This document shows positions 23,089-35,000 of a stretch of DNA of 64,000 bases, one piece after another. The position numbers were made by a program, and so were the translations under genes. Location: contig PDIP01000088.1 in assembly GCA_002811645.1 (NCBI GenBank), positions 81,282-145,281 of the forward strand, in the 5' to 3' direction. Below the pieces are notes generated by a model that searched no databases, had not been told where the DNA came from, and worked only from the letters and a program-made list of their open reading frames with translations. The DNA is from Corallochytrium limacisporum Hawaii. Its lineage: Eukaryota; Protista; Pluriformea. The stretch's first letter is position 1; each line of letters starts with the position of its first letter.

Positions 23089-26000
23089 TCATTCGTGGTC
23101 GAGGGTGGAGTGGAAATGCTCAAAGTCGTGCTTCTGCCCGGGTTTGTGGCGGCCTCGGTCCCGATGAATCCGTTCCGAAGGACGTGCAGGGCGGCGACGG
23201 TCCCAGTAGCGCGTACTGTCATCACCCTTGTCAGTCGGAGATTCAGATACGGCGCCATCAACGTCACTGCCGGCACTGGTGCTGTTGGTGTCCTCATGTG
23301 TACTTTCCGCTGCGGATTTCTGGGCGCGGTCAAGTTCAATTTCATCCTCGATCATTCGGTCGCGCCAATTCCAATACTCGCGACGCAGGACCTCAGGGGG
23401 CGGCAGGCGATCGCCACTTTTGCGTGACTTGGCGTCACGGTAGACAATCCGGTCAAACTTTCCTTTCGTCAACGTCAGCCTCTGCCATGCTCCGGTCGGC
23501 ATACACACGTCCATGTGCATGTGGCCACCGCGTTTTATAGGGTCAAAGATCATACGCGGCCATAGCATACCTTGGTCTTGGTTCATCTGTTTGTGGTCGG
23601 TGGGCTTGCCTTTCTTAAATATCATGTAGCAGAATTTGTCTTCAACGTGGCTTTGTGCCTTGACCTTGCGGCTGAGGACCTGCGGAGCGATTGGTCGAAC
23701 CTTTTGCGTGCGGAAGCATATTTTCCGCCGCATGGTGCTGTCAAGCATGGCATCTTGCTCGGCCTCTTCCGCAAGCTTGGCCTCTTCTTCGCGCTGTAGC
23801 CGCTGCGCTTCCTGCCAGCGCCGCTCTGCATCAGCATCGTTGGCATCATTGTCGTCACCATCAGACCATTCAGAGCCACCATCATCTCCGCCGGCTTTGC
23901 GGCCGCCAACCGTCTTACCGCTGCCGACCAAATGCCCAAATGCTGCTTCGTGCTTGGCGTCTGCCTTGTGCGCTGATCGGGTGGACCGCCTGCGCTCCAT
24001 TTGGCGCGATAGACCCTGCCCCGACAGAGCCAACGGACAAGCGTGCATGTGGGGGCACGGACCCACGACATGACCCTCCATTGAGGTACCTTCCAACCCG
24101 ACCAATAGATCTCTCGCCCGCAGCGTGATGTCGGATCCCTTGTGATCCCCAAGCTCGACAATCACAAGGTAATCCTTGGTGCGGGACCAAAGCTCCAGGA
24201 ATAGTTCATCGCGTTGTTCATCGGAAGCTAGTTCAGACAGGGTATATGCAGCAATGACCAGGTCCTGGTCGCCAGGGTTGCCAAGGGGTAGATACTCACG
24301 GAAGAGTACGTTTGGCAGTGCCGGTACACGCGTTTGGGTCGAACCTGCCCACAGTTCGTACTGCGTGGCCTGTTCGCTGTTCTGTGGCCGCACAGCCGAA
24401 TCCCCGCCGTTCTGTAACAATGGATGGGATCCGGACGGTTCCATTCCGTTCGAACGGACCGGTGGGCTAGCATCGTTTCCAACCTGGCCCTTCTCGGCGA
24501 AGCTCTCTTCGTAGAGCCGGGCATCCTCGTCCGCGTCGACGGTAAAGAGCTGCTGGCTCAGGCTCAGCATCGGGGACGACGTATCGACCGCAGTGATGCG
24601 GGAGCTACCACGACGTAGATGCTGACCCCAAATCTCGCGCAACGCCCACAATGCAGTGCCCGTGCCACTACCAATATCAAGGATGGAGCGCGGCATGAAG
24701 TCCGGGTCGCGGCTGGCAATTTCCTTCAGCACACATAACGTAGCGGCGTATACCGGAGCCAGCATGCCGACGGCGTACGCAATGGACTCTCTCGGCCCGT
24801 AGTTCACAGTGTATACGCCCTGGGAGAGCAGTTTTTTGACGCGGCCGTCGATCTTCACTGGTTGGCCAATCTTTCCACCGCGATTCATCAGAAAGTCACG
24901 CAATTTCATTGTATCGTCACGGAGCACACTGCCCTTGGATGGCGGCGTGTTGCCGAGAATTGAAAGGAGATTATTTGCCAGAGGCTTCGGCAATTCCACT
25001 GTCGAAAGAGCGTGACGGCCACGGTCACCTTTAAACGTGAGCTGCGCGAATCGACGTAATTCGCGCAGGCTCTCCTGGGCGGTAGCGGCCGGGAGAGCAA
25101 CCTGTTCATAGAGCGAGGGATCCTGACGCAACTGCTGGAGCATGTCCCACACGTCCATGTTGCGATGAGCTACGCCTGCTGGTTCAACACTATTGCCATC
25201 CTCAAGATCGATTGGTTCCAAAGTATCTACATCAATGTCTCTGTCGCCATCAGTGCCATCTTCCATAGCACCCAGGGCAAGATTTCCGTCCTCTGTGGCT
25301 GTGTTGTTCTCCTCATGGCCTAACGGCGGCAAAGAGTTGAGCGTTTTGGCCTGTTCATGACTTAGCAATGGGTTGTTGGTGGTGCTTCTTGCGTCCCTTT
25401 CTAGCGCTACCATTAGCTCCTCGGCATTCGCTATTCGTTGTCGCGTGTCCTCTTCAACGCGGCTCAGCTTCGTTCCAAAGTGTTGAATATATCGCTCTTC
25501 GAGTTCCACCGAGCGAGGCAATTTGTAGCCACGCCCCGTCTCCGGGTCTACAACATCTACCGTAGCCGGTACCCGCATCTGAACGTCGTGGGCCCACGGA
25601 TGTCCATGGCGCAAATAAATTGGCTTTCCCTTTTCCCGCGCAGGGCGCATCTGATCCAATCTCTCCGAAGTTAGCTTGGCGAGTTCTTCAGGAGTTTCCT
25701 GATGAACCATGGACTTTTCCGTGGACGTCTTCTGTTCTTCTGCCCAAGCCTTTAGCCTATCTGAAGTCTTACGCTGTTGGTCAAATGAACGTGGCATCAC
25801 TTCGCCTTCTATAGTCTCGTTCATTGAACTGTCTGCTCCGGTGATATCTTCGCGCTCCTCCCGCGAAAGCCTCCGAGCATCATCGGCTTCGTACTTGCGT
25901 GCCACCAACCGTTCGCGTGCGATACGTCGAAGGTCTGTGGGGCTTGACAGCGACTGTTGCTCCAACCCTTCCTCAACATCTTGTTCAGTGGTGCCAAAGA

Positions 26001-26679
26001 AGCGCGGGTGGCCCTGCTCCTGCAAAATATTGTCTACGACTCCTTTGGCTACACTAGAGTTGACCCGGAACTCCTCCGCAACAAAGCGTGCCGCTGACTT
26101 GGGGTCAAGGCGGCACAGTTCGTGGAAATTGGGTAGCTCGGGCATGCCAATATGCAGCTTCGGTTCCTTCGGTTTCTTTGGTTTTTGTCTTGTCTCTTCC
26201 AATGGGTCCTGAGTCGCGGACACTGCCGCCTCACCGTGTACAAAGACGTCCAAAGTCTTACGAGCTTCCGCAAAACTCATGTTCCCGTGCTTCTGAATCA
26301 TTTTTAATGCCGCAGCTGGATCCTTCATGGCTAACTTACGCATCGCTTCGGCAGCGACATCGTCATCGGTGCCTTCCTCTGCGACCGTAGCATTGGTGGG
26401 TTTTGTTGGTTCACTAGAATTCAAGGCCTCAGACTCTGCACTAAACATAATCAGGGGCTCCGTTCCCGGCCGCGCATTCCTACCTTTCCGTCTGCCTCCC
26501 CGAGAACTAACAGTGTTCACATTTTGGGAATTCCCTGAAGATGGCTGATCACTTCCATCGCCAGGTCTTCCCCGCGGAAGCAGCAACGTCGGCGTTGCAT
26601 GATACTGCCGCAGCAAATTGCTTGCTATGGGTCGATTTCGCTGGCCGAATCCCAGACGCAGAGCACGGAATCGCAGCAT
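23089..26679 (-). CDS. RSM22: Mitochondrial small-subunit assembly factor Rsm22/METTL17 with a long N-terminal extension
   Basis: Arg-rich presequence; FMPRSILDIGSGTGTALW, DLVIAAYTLSEL, GPCPH..CPL, ICF, WPRMIFDPIKRGGHMHMDVC and YRDAK motifs. Confidence 0.92.
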   Translation of the reverse strand: MLRFRALRLGFGQRNRPIASNLLRQYHATPTLLLPRGRPGDGSDQPSSGNSQNVNTVSSRGGRRKGRNARPGTEPLIMFSAESEALNSSEPTKPTNATVAEEGTDDDVAAEAMRKLAMKDPAAALKMIQKHGNMSFAEARKTLDVFVHGEAAVSATQDPLEETRQKPKKPKEPKLHIGMPELPNFHELCRLDPKSAARFVAEEFRVNSSVAKGVVDNILQEQGHPRFFGTTEQDVEEGLEQQSLSSPTDLRRIARERLVARKYEADDARRLSREEREDITGADSSMNETIEGEVMPRSFDQQRKTSDRLKAWAEEQKTSTEKSMVHQETPEELAKLTSERLDQMRPAREKGKPIYLRHGHPWAHDVQMRVPATVDVVDPETGRGYKLPRSVELEERYIQHFGTKLSRVEEDTRQRIANAEELMVALERDARSTTNNPLLSHEQAKTLNSLPPLGHEENNTATEDGNLALGAMEDGTDGDRDIDVDTLEPIDLEDGNSVEPAGVAHRNMDVWDMLQQLRQDPSLYEQVALPAATAQESLRELRRFAQLTFKGDRGRHALSTVELPKPLANNLLSILGNTPPSKGSVLRDDTMKLRDFLMNRGGKIGQPVKIDGRVKKLLSQGVYTVNYGPRESIAYAVGMLAPVYAATLCVLKEIASRDPDFMPRSILDIGSGTGTALWALREIWGQHLRRGSSRITAVDTSSPMLSLSQQLFTVDADEDARLYEESFAEKGQVGNDASPPVRSNGMEPSGSHPLLQNGGDSAVRPQNSEQATQYELWAGSTQTRVPALPNVLFREYLPLGNPGDQDLVIAAYTLSELASDEQRDELFLELWSRTKDYLVIVELGDHKGSDITLRARDLLVGLEGTSMEGHVVGPCPHMHACPLALSGQGLSRQMERRRSTRSAHKADAKHEAAFGHLVGSGKTVGGRKAGGDDGGSEWSDGDDNDANDADAERRWQEAQRLQREEEAKLAEEAEQDAMLDSTMRRKICFRTQKVRPIAPQVLSRKVKAQSHVEDKFCYMIFKKGKPTDHKQMNQDQGMLWPRMIFDPIKRGGHMHMDVCMPTGAWQRLTLTKGKFDRIVYRDAKSRKSGDRLPPPEVLRREYWNWRDRMIEDEIELDRAQKSAAESTHEDTNSTSAGSDVDGAVSESPTDKGDDSTRYWDRRRPARPSERIHRDRGRHKPGQKHDFEHFHSTLDHE

Positions 26680-29483
26680 TCTCTTTCAAATTGAGAGTGC
26701 CAAAATAGTAAAGCTTACGTGATAACTTCCTGCATGGCTACGCAATGAAGAAATCTGCCATAATCAGTCTACTCCACCAACATCTACGTCGAGGAGTAAT
26801 GTCTCATTTCAAACATCTCTAGTCCTTTGGTGAAGTAATCGAACCACGTTCTCCGTCCAAAGTAGCCGTAGGTTGCCGATGACTCCACTTCATGCCGACC
26901 CAAAACAATAGTCCCAAAATTGACGAAGAAATAAAAGCTCCTATCTACATCAGAGTGAGCACTTGAGTCTCCGTCTTCCCGCACTCTTGAGACTCGCCCC
27001 CGCCGCATGGCCCGCCCGGCACTGAGACCCGCTTCCGACATCCCTTACTGTACATTTGCTATGGAATTTCCCAATTTCGATACTTTCACTATGGCGTCTT
27101 CTCCCAATGCCTGCGTAGTGGGGAACCTAGGTAGGGCGGGAGGAAGGCGTCGCCACGTACAGCCTGTGCCTGAACTCGGCCACCGCAAATGACATGCGCT
27201 CACATGGCCATAGTAACCTGTCATGCTCAACGCTTCCCGGAAAGTTTTCGACGTCAACAATGCCTCAAGATGTCCATACGGTAGCTGACAATTTTTTTGG
27301 GACCAACTAGAGTCTTAGTTTGACGCACATTGAGCCTGAAACGAAAAGTTGACATATTGGCATCGATGCAGCATAAGTGAACATGTAGCGCCATAATGAA
27401 TGAAAGACTGCCAATCACCGCTAGTGGGCATCTAAATCATCAACATTTTTGGATGGAAGATGTCGGGTAAGATAGGAAATAGTGGGCGCGTCACCACTGA
27501 CCTTCTAGCACAGCCGCTGCCAAGACCACCTACTTTGGTTGCAGTGTATCCTGCGGACTATCACCATCCATGAGCATGCTGTAATTGTTCACAATAAATT
27601 TATTTAGCCATGTTAAGGATTGCTGAATTGACAAAACGCCCGTGTGAAGGTGGCTGGCGAAAATTGTAGTCGTGGTCAATATTCAAGAGTAAGCCTTTGC
27701 GGAATACATGCGAATGGCACGGGATGAAAGCAAGCCCTGAAACCCCAGACTTTGAGTCTGCGGAACACCAACCGCAAGCAGTGAAGTCTGCGACATGTTC
27801 ACGATGCTTAAAATATACTTACTTGATTCTTCATCATGTTCTCAACAACACAGACGCTTCTGTGGAATTAAAAGCAATCGATGGAAATTAACCTGCCAGC
27901 CTGCTCCTGTGCATTGCGGACCTCCCCCAAGCGACTCTAAATTTGGACATGATAGTCCTCTACCTAGGACAAAGCAGCCTCTTTGGTATGGAACAGTGGG
28001 AGGCTTTCATGTGAGGCGACTGCGATGCTAATTTCTTGGTCATGACCTATCAAATGAATGATAAGAAGACCTGATAAACGAGATAGTTTCCGAACGTGAT
28101 TTCTCGATAAATAGACAGTCACCTATTAGGCGAAAATGTGGACATGGCGGGCACAGGTATCTCCGGCCCAGCACGAGAAAGTATTGCTAAAATTACACAG
28201 CTCGAGCGCTTGATGCATGCTCGAACGGGTGGATCCGGAAACACGGTATTTATTCGCATCTTGGTGGCTTCTAGAAAAAGCGCTTCGCACCATCTCCCCC
28301 CGCCCCATAGGCTGCCCCGGCTGTTTCTTCGCCCCAGGGATGATATGTCACTAAGATACTTGGAACATGCCTTGTGTACCCACAAACACTGAAATGTAAT
28401 GAAACGCGACAGAAACGAGGTGAACACATCCATCGTGAACATCATCCTGATCACCATCGACCTTTGTTGACAGTGGTTCTTCTTCTATTTTTTAAAGTGA
28501 TGATGTTGTCATGGTCATGTACTCCGTCGAAAACGGGAACATGTTCACAAATGGGGACCAAACTAATGGAGTACAACGGGGCTCTTGTGATGTACATGGT
28601 ATCTTCGTGAAGTCTGAGTTTGCAGTGATCATGGTTTGAAGCCGTCTGGAGTCAACAGTCAAAGGGAACCTGACGATGCCAACAATCACTGCTGTCCAGG
28701 CGAATATTCAAATCAACCAAAACCACATTTTCCCACCGGGGGGGCGTGTTGAATGTTATTGTAATCAAGTACTTACCGATTGCTCAAGCATTAAGGTTTC
28801 ATGGGCATGATACCGACATGCATGGTGTGACAAAAATAGAGACCTGCATTTAGGGAGGCAGACCAGCATCACAAAGCGCATGGTTGTGTTTTGGTTTGTC
28901 TCAAAAGTCGTCATTTGAGTCAGGCCCTGTTCCCCATTATTTTCCCAGATCTCCCAGTAGTGAAAGTACTCCAACGGGACCCCTTTTTTTCCTGGCAGGG
29001 GCTCGCTGCTGGCGTCGGGTTCCCAAGTCTACGTGTTGAAACGTAAAGTCTTGTTTTTCTTCAGATATGATTAGTAGTAAATGTACTACTGATTTTCCTG
29101 ACAGCATTGCAGTCGTGGCTGTCCAACATCGGAAAGGACAACGAAAGAAAAGAAACCCCAACAATTTCGAGCGGCTGCAGTTGGGGGTGGAGGAGACGAG
29201 CGAAGAAGATCGACAAGGATTTCCGCGATCCCGGGCCCGTGTCTGCGGTACCTTCACCACCCGCAACCAAAGATGGGAAATAGAAAACAGCCATCCAGCG
29301 TGGGGCACCTGTCCGCTCTTCCGACCCGCAGCAAACCCGGCCACTCTCTGGGAGTTCGATGGTCGGCGCAATTTTTTGGCGGACGTATTAGGGTATAAAA
29401 TTGACAGGCAGACAATCGATTTACTTCTGTTCAGGGGAAACGGGAGGTCAAATGATTGCGTGGCGGGGGAAAACGAGGGGGGG

Positions 29484-29772
29484 NNNNNNNNNNNNNNNNN
29501 NNNNNNNNNNNNNNNNNNNNNNNNNNNNNNNNNNNNNNNNNNNNNNNNNNNNNNNNNNNNNNNNNNNNNNNNNNNNNNNNNNNNNNNNNNNNNNNNNNNN
29601 NNNNNNNNNNNNNNNNNNNNNNNNNNNNNNNNNNNNNNNNNNNNNNNNNNNNNNNNNNNNNNNNNNNNNNNNNNNNNNNNNNNNNNNNNNNNNNNNNNNN
29701 NNNNNNNNNNNNNNNNNNNNNNNNNNNNNNNNNNNNNNNNNNNNNNNNNNNNNNNNNNNNNNNNNNNNNNNN
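29484..29772. other. Assembly gap (289 N)
   Basis: Run of N directly after a poly-G tract. Confidence 0.99.
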
Positions 29773-29848
29773 GAGCGAAAAGGTCGAAGCAGCCACGAGC
29801 GGTGGCTGCCTGCTTTTCCCGCTCGTGGCTGCTTCGACCTTTTCGCTC
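29773..29848. repeat. Perfect 30-bp inverted repeat with 16-nt loop at the contig edge
   Basis: GAGCGAAAAGGTCGAAGCAGCCACGAGCGG (29773-29802) and its exact reverse complement (29819-29848). Confidence 0.9.
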
Positions 29849-32023
29849 GCTCTGCTTTTTTTTCTCCTCTTTTTTTTCTTTCCTTTAAATCATTCTCTTC
29901 CTCGCTCCGACCGCCCCATCTCTCCTCCTCCTCCTTCCTCTCCTTCTCCCCTCCCCACCCCTCCTTCCTCTCGGCCTCCCGTCCGACCGGGGCGATCTCT
30001 CTCTCTTGCTCTCTCTCTCGCTCTCTCGTCTCATTCGTCCTTCTCGAGGGGCGCGCGCCCGTGTTTTCCCTTTTTCTGCATTATTTCTGTGGCTAGGGGA
30101 GAGGACGTTGGACACCGTGTGGGTCACCACGGAAAGTTTTTCCAGTTGCACGGCGGGCAGAGAGAAGGTGGGGGAGAGAAGCACAGTGGTCCGGCTATGC
30201 CTCTATGGTTGCGGTGACTGTGTGAAGGTGGGAAGGTGGGCTGGGGGTTGGGGGGGAGGGGAAGCCGTCCCCCCACCCAGCCCCTAATCGCGTTGTCACC
30301 GATTTTTCCATTTTTTTTGGCCGTGCTTGTGTCCTTCTGTGGTGTATATGTGTGTATGTGTGTGTGTTGTGTGTTTTGTGTGGGTGTGTGTGTTTTGTGT
30401 CTCGCCTGGCTTTTTCTTTGTTCTTGTGCTGGCTCCCCTCTCCCTTCCAAAGGTTGTTTTCATTATCTCTTCTCCTTGCCCTGTTGCGCTTCGGGACAGG
30501 GTGGAGAGGTAGGGGGTGGGGCCCCCTTTACACGTCTCAGCGGCCATGGCGTGAGGGTAGAGGGAGGCGTCCAAAGATCCCGTGACCAACCACTCTCCCG
30601 AAAGCCTTCCGGAACGATGAAAAAACACACACAACGCCGATGTGAGAGAACGGCCCAAATTTAAACACACACACACACAATCTCGGGGAAACCGAAGCCG
30701 CGAAACAAGGGCCAAAACCGCCGAAAATTGTCAGCATCGGGAACAAATGAGCAAGAATCTCCCAGAAATTCGAATTAAAAGGCCAAGGAACTTTGGGGAC
30801 CATCCGGGCTATCACGGGAAACCAAAAAAAAAAAAGAAAGAAAGGAAAAACTCGGGAATAAAAGATTGGCCGAGTACCGGAAATCACCACTCTGGGGCAG
30901 GGCGTGTGTGCCCACAGCCCGAACCCCCACCCCCCCTTCCCTTCTACCCTCGGCGTTGCCCCTTTGCCTTCCCGCCGTCCCCCAACCGCTGCCCATCCCC
31001 ACTCCCCCGCTCGGGCTCGGGTGTTTCCTCCTCTCTGCCTCCCTGCCCTCCTCCTCTCGGTCTCCCTTTGTGTTTTTCTCGCGTCTAAGGCAAATTACCC
31101 CGCAGTGCGTGATTTTGCCCTGCCCAGTGGTCGCGCTGGACCCCGAGTTTTCCTTGCTGCGGAGGGAGAGATTCCCGGGTGGTCCCTCGCGGGGTTTACA
31201 GTACCTCGGCTAGGGCCAGGCAAAGTGTGGGAGGACGGGCAAGTGGGCCACTCGGACATGGCCAGGTTTATCCGCTCGGTAAATGGAAATTCATTTTTGC
31301 CTTTTTCGTTCGTTTTATGTTTTTGGTATTCAGACCGGAGACTTTTTCGGCTTGGGGAGCCCATTCGTCCTCTCTTCCCCTTCTCCCACTCCCCCCCTCC
31401 TCCCTCCCCCCCTACCACCACTCATCCCGGACCGGGAAAAAAGTAGGGGCCCCACTCCGGCAGTACTGAGAGCATGGAAGTCAAATCTAAAGGGGGAGGA
31501 CGCAAGGTGACACACGAAGAATGCATAGTTGTTTCTGGAGAATGTGACTTTTGGGCAACACTGGAGACACTCACCGCTTTCTTAGTTTTATTTTTTTAAC
31601 GATGTTCTGTCTTCGTAGACGACGTGCATAGCATTTATTAACGTGTTTGTGTATTGTGTTAGCAACAAAGATACGTCTTGGTGAAGAAATGTTTCCAGTA
31701 CATCCGAATAAAATATTTACGGAATCGGGCAAATTCAAAAACCTATTAACAAGGTCACACTCTAGCAAACGGGATCATTTTATATTCTCAGCAACAAAGC
31801 TCTCAACATTAAATTTTAGACCTTCGGGTTGAAATTTTTTGTATCCCACTTACATCAAAGGACTCAGTTGAAAATATCCACTTTCCCCCATATGGCCTTC
31901 AGCGGAAGAGTCAATGTAATCTTCTGCTACACAGAAAAAAAGTGGCCAGTCGAAAGGCCAAGGTTTGATATAGACACCATTGTTGAATAAGTAGAGGATC
32001 AGCAAAAATTTAAACAGGTGCAA

Positions 32024-35000
32024 ATGGCGGAGACGGCTCCCTCAGTTGCAACACCGGCGACTGCCGCGGAAAGCACAAGAACGCAGGGCTCCGGCAATGA
32101 CGCACAGACAACGGCTGCTACTCCAGTCAGTGTCCCACTTAAGAAGCAAACGGGACCCCCTACAACAACCACGGCTCCTGCAGCAGGGTCTGTAGCGGAA
32201 CACACTGCAACCGCAGCTCCTGCAGCCGCACCTACTGGCAACGGCAACCCTGTGAACGATGCACACGTACGGTCTGTGGAGCAAGGAAAGGAATACAACG
32301 AAGAGGTTTCCGCCCAACGCAAGTCTTCGGGCATGGGCACCCTTGACCTGCTCACCGGAGCTGCACAATACATGCAGGTACGCGAGTACGAAGAGGAAAA
32401 ACAGCGCCAGACGTCGTCGCGAAGTCAAAGTTCGCATGGCACCGCGACTGCCCCGAACAGTCGGCCGCAGAGTCAGCCCGGGTCCTACGGTGCCAACCAC
32501 GACAGTGGCAGTCGCACAGCTGTGGCGTATTCCTCGCGCGGTCCTCTGCTGGACCAGGCACCCAAGGCTCAAAATGAACGGAAAGCGGCAGAACAGATTG
32601 CGCAGCGCACGAAAGAGGCAGAGGAGAGCGAACGCGTGGCCAAAGGCAGAATGCAGCGCAGCCACGACCTCAACAGTCTGCGCCAGAAGGAACGGCATTT
32701 GAACGAGCAAGGGGAACCCGTCGGTCGTCGCATACACAATGCGGAGAATGGTCAGCAAGATTCGAAGGCTACGGTTCCCAAGGCCGAGCATGACTCGGGC
32801 CATCCCCAGATGGCTAAGGACGCCTCGGTCCTGAAAGCACCCGAGGATGTGCTGAAAGACATCGAAAGGGAGCACGAAGCGTACCGTAGAGCATCCTCTG
32901 CCCATAGCAACCCGGCCCCTCCTACTGCCCAGAGCTACTATGGACAACACCACCATTACACGGCTCCTGACCGCAGGGATTCTTACGCATCCTCGCACGG
33001 CGGCTACCACGACCCCCGGGCGTCAACCGGTTCATATTCCGGTACAGCGGGCACGGCTACATACGACCAGGGTGGCCACTATGCCTACAACAGTCAGTAC
33101 TACAATACTAGCAGCTACTACAGGCAGCCCAGTGACCCGAGCAACAGTGGCTACACCCCCGTGGCGACCCAGCAGCAAGCGCGCAGGAGACCCTCCGTCC
33201 ATCACATGTACCCGTCAGAGTTGCCCAACCCTCCCTCTTCCACCCAAAATGACCAGTGGGCCGAAGACGAGAAGCAGCGCCTGCGGAATCACTGGGACAA
33301 TTACTATCGTCGGTACTATGCGGACTACTACCAGGATTTCTACAAACGGTACATGACCAATGTGAAGGATAAGGACGCACCTGGATGGGATCGGCAGCCG
33401 GTCGACTTGGAAACGAGTAATCGTGCGTCACAAACAGAATGGCATTTGGTGGATATGAAGCGAGGAGTTATGCTGGAGTCCAGCGAAACGGAACGCCGCT
33501 CTAGTGGCATCGTGGGAGAAGCAGATAGTGCGGACACTAAATCTAAACGCAAAGGTGGTCGACCCCGCAAGGATGGAACGGGATCCCGAACCAGCATCAG
33601 CGACTCCCTGGGCGACGGACAGAGCCACTCCGGACAAGATCAGCCTGGCAAGCGTGGCCGTCGCTCTAAAGCCGAACGCCGCGGCAGCACTCCGTCGTCG
33701 GAACCACGCGTCAGTGCATCAATGGGAGACGATGACAGCGGCAACGGTGAAGACAAGCTTTCCAAACGTGGCCGTGGCCGTCCTCGGAAAGAGGAGGGAC
33801 CAGCGGTGCCGGGAGAGGTCACATGGCAATTCGGTAAGTCAAACATGTGGAGCGACATGACCAGCAAAGTCACGGCCCAAGAGGAGGCCCGTGATGGAGA
33901 TCGTAACCGTCGAAATACCATCCCTGAACCTCCCAGCGGCTCCTATCGTGTGTCAGCTCCTGCGATGAAGGGTGGTCAGGAGGGCGCCGAAGCAGAGAAT
34001 ACTGATCCAGCAACGGCCGCGGCAGCAGCAGCGGCAGCAGCGGCAGCTCCAGCAGGAGAACCGCCCAAAGCAGCCAAGCAATCTGGTGCTGCCGACGGCC
34101 AGAGTTTGTCTAAGAAAGGCAAGACAAGCTTCGTGTTTGTGTCGAATGAACCGTCCAAGAACAGAAGCAAGGAGTCATCGAAGATGCATAAGTTCACATT
34201 TTTCGGACCAACTATGAACAGACCCGTGGGCGGCGGTACTGATTTCAAGGGAGAGGACCTCGACCGCGTCGGTCGTCCCAAGATGCGCCGGGCCTGGCAG
34301 GATGGACCCCTAACCCAGGAAGAAGCAGCCCAGCAGAAGAAAGGGTCTGATGAGTACGAATACGACAGTGTCATGGATATTGTCGTAAAACCATCCGAGA
34401 ATCCGGACCAGCCGACTGGCATCCCTCGGCAAAAGCCCATCCCTGCCTCACAGAAACCCGCACTTCCGGATGGCCGTGATAAGCAGCCATACGTGAGCAA
34501 GCCAACTAAGGCACAGATGCTCACCAAGGAAGAGCAGGACAAGAAAACAGCAACGTCTGCAACTACTGGTCAGGCCACAGTGGTTCCTGCCGTTATGGAT
34601 ACACGGGGATCGATTCAGGCATCAACAAAGGATCTACTGGACTATGCCCAGTCCACGCGCGAAATGGTCACCTCGGTCATGAAGTCGACCAAACCGAGAC
34701 ACAAGCCAGCGATACGCAAGTCCAGCGACGGTTTCCTCTCACCCGAGAGCTCCGAAGATGAGGACGAGGATATGGAAGACGAGAGGGACAGCGATGATGA
34801 GGACGTTGCGGGAGCAAGCCATGGCATTGCTTACAATCCGATGCCTCTGGGAAAGACCTTCCAAATGTCTGAGGATCTTAAGAAAGCCCTGACCCCCAGG
34901 CCCGCTGCTGCTCTGATGAGTGCGAGTGCGACGAAGGTTGAGGGCGCAGAAACAGACTCTGCCGAGGACGGCAGTGCAGGTCCCGTCAAGCGTGGTCGTG

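Noticed and set aside
32042-33010. 322-aa antisense ORF and other shadow ORFs inside real genes
   Set aside because: Expected from GC-rich codon usage on the opposite strand; no motifs.
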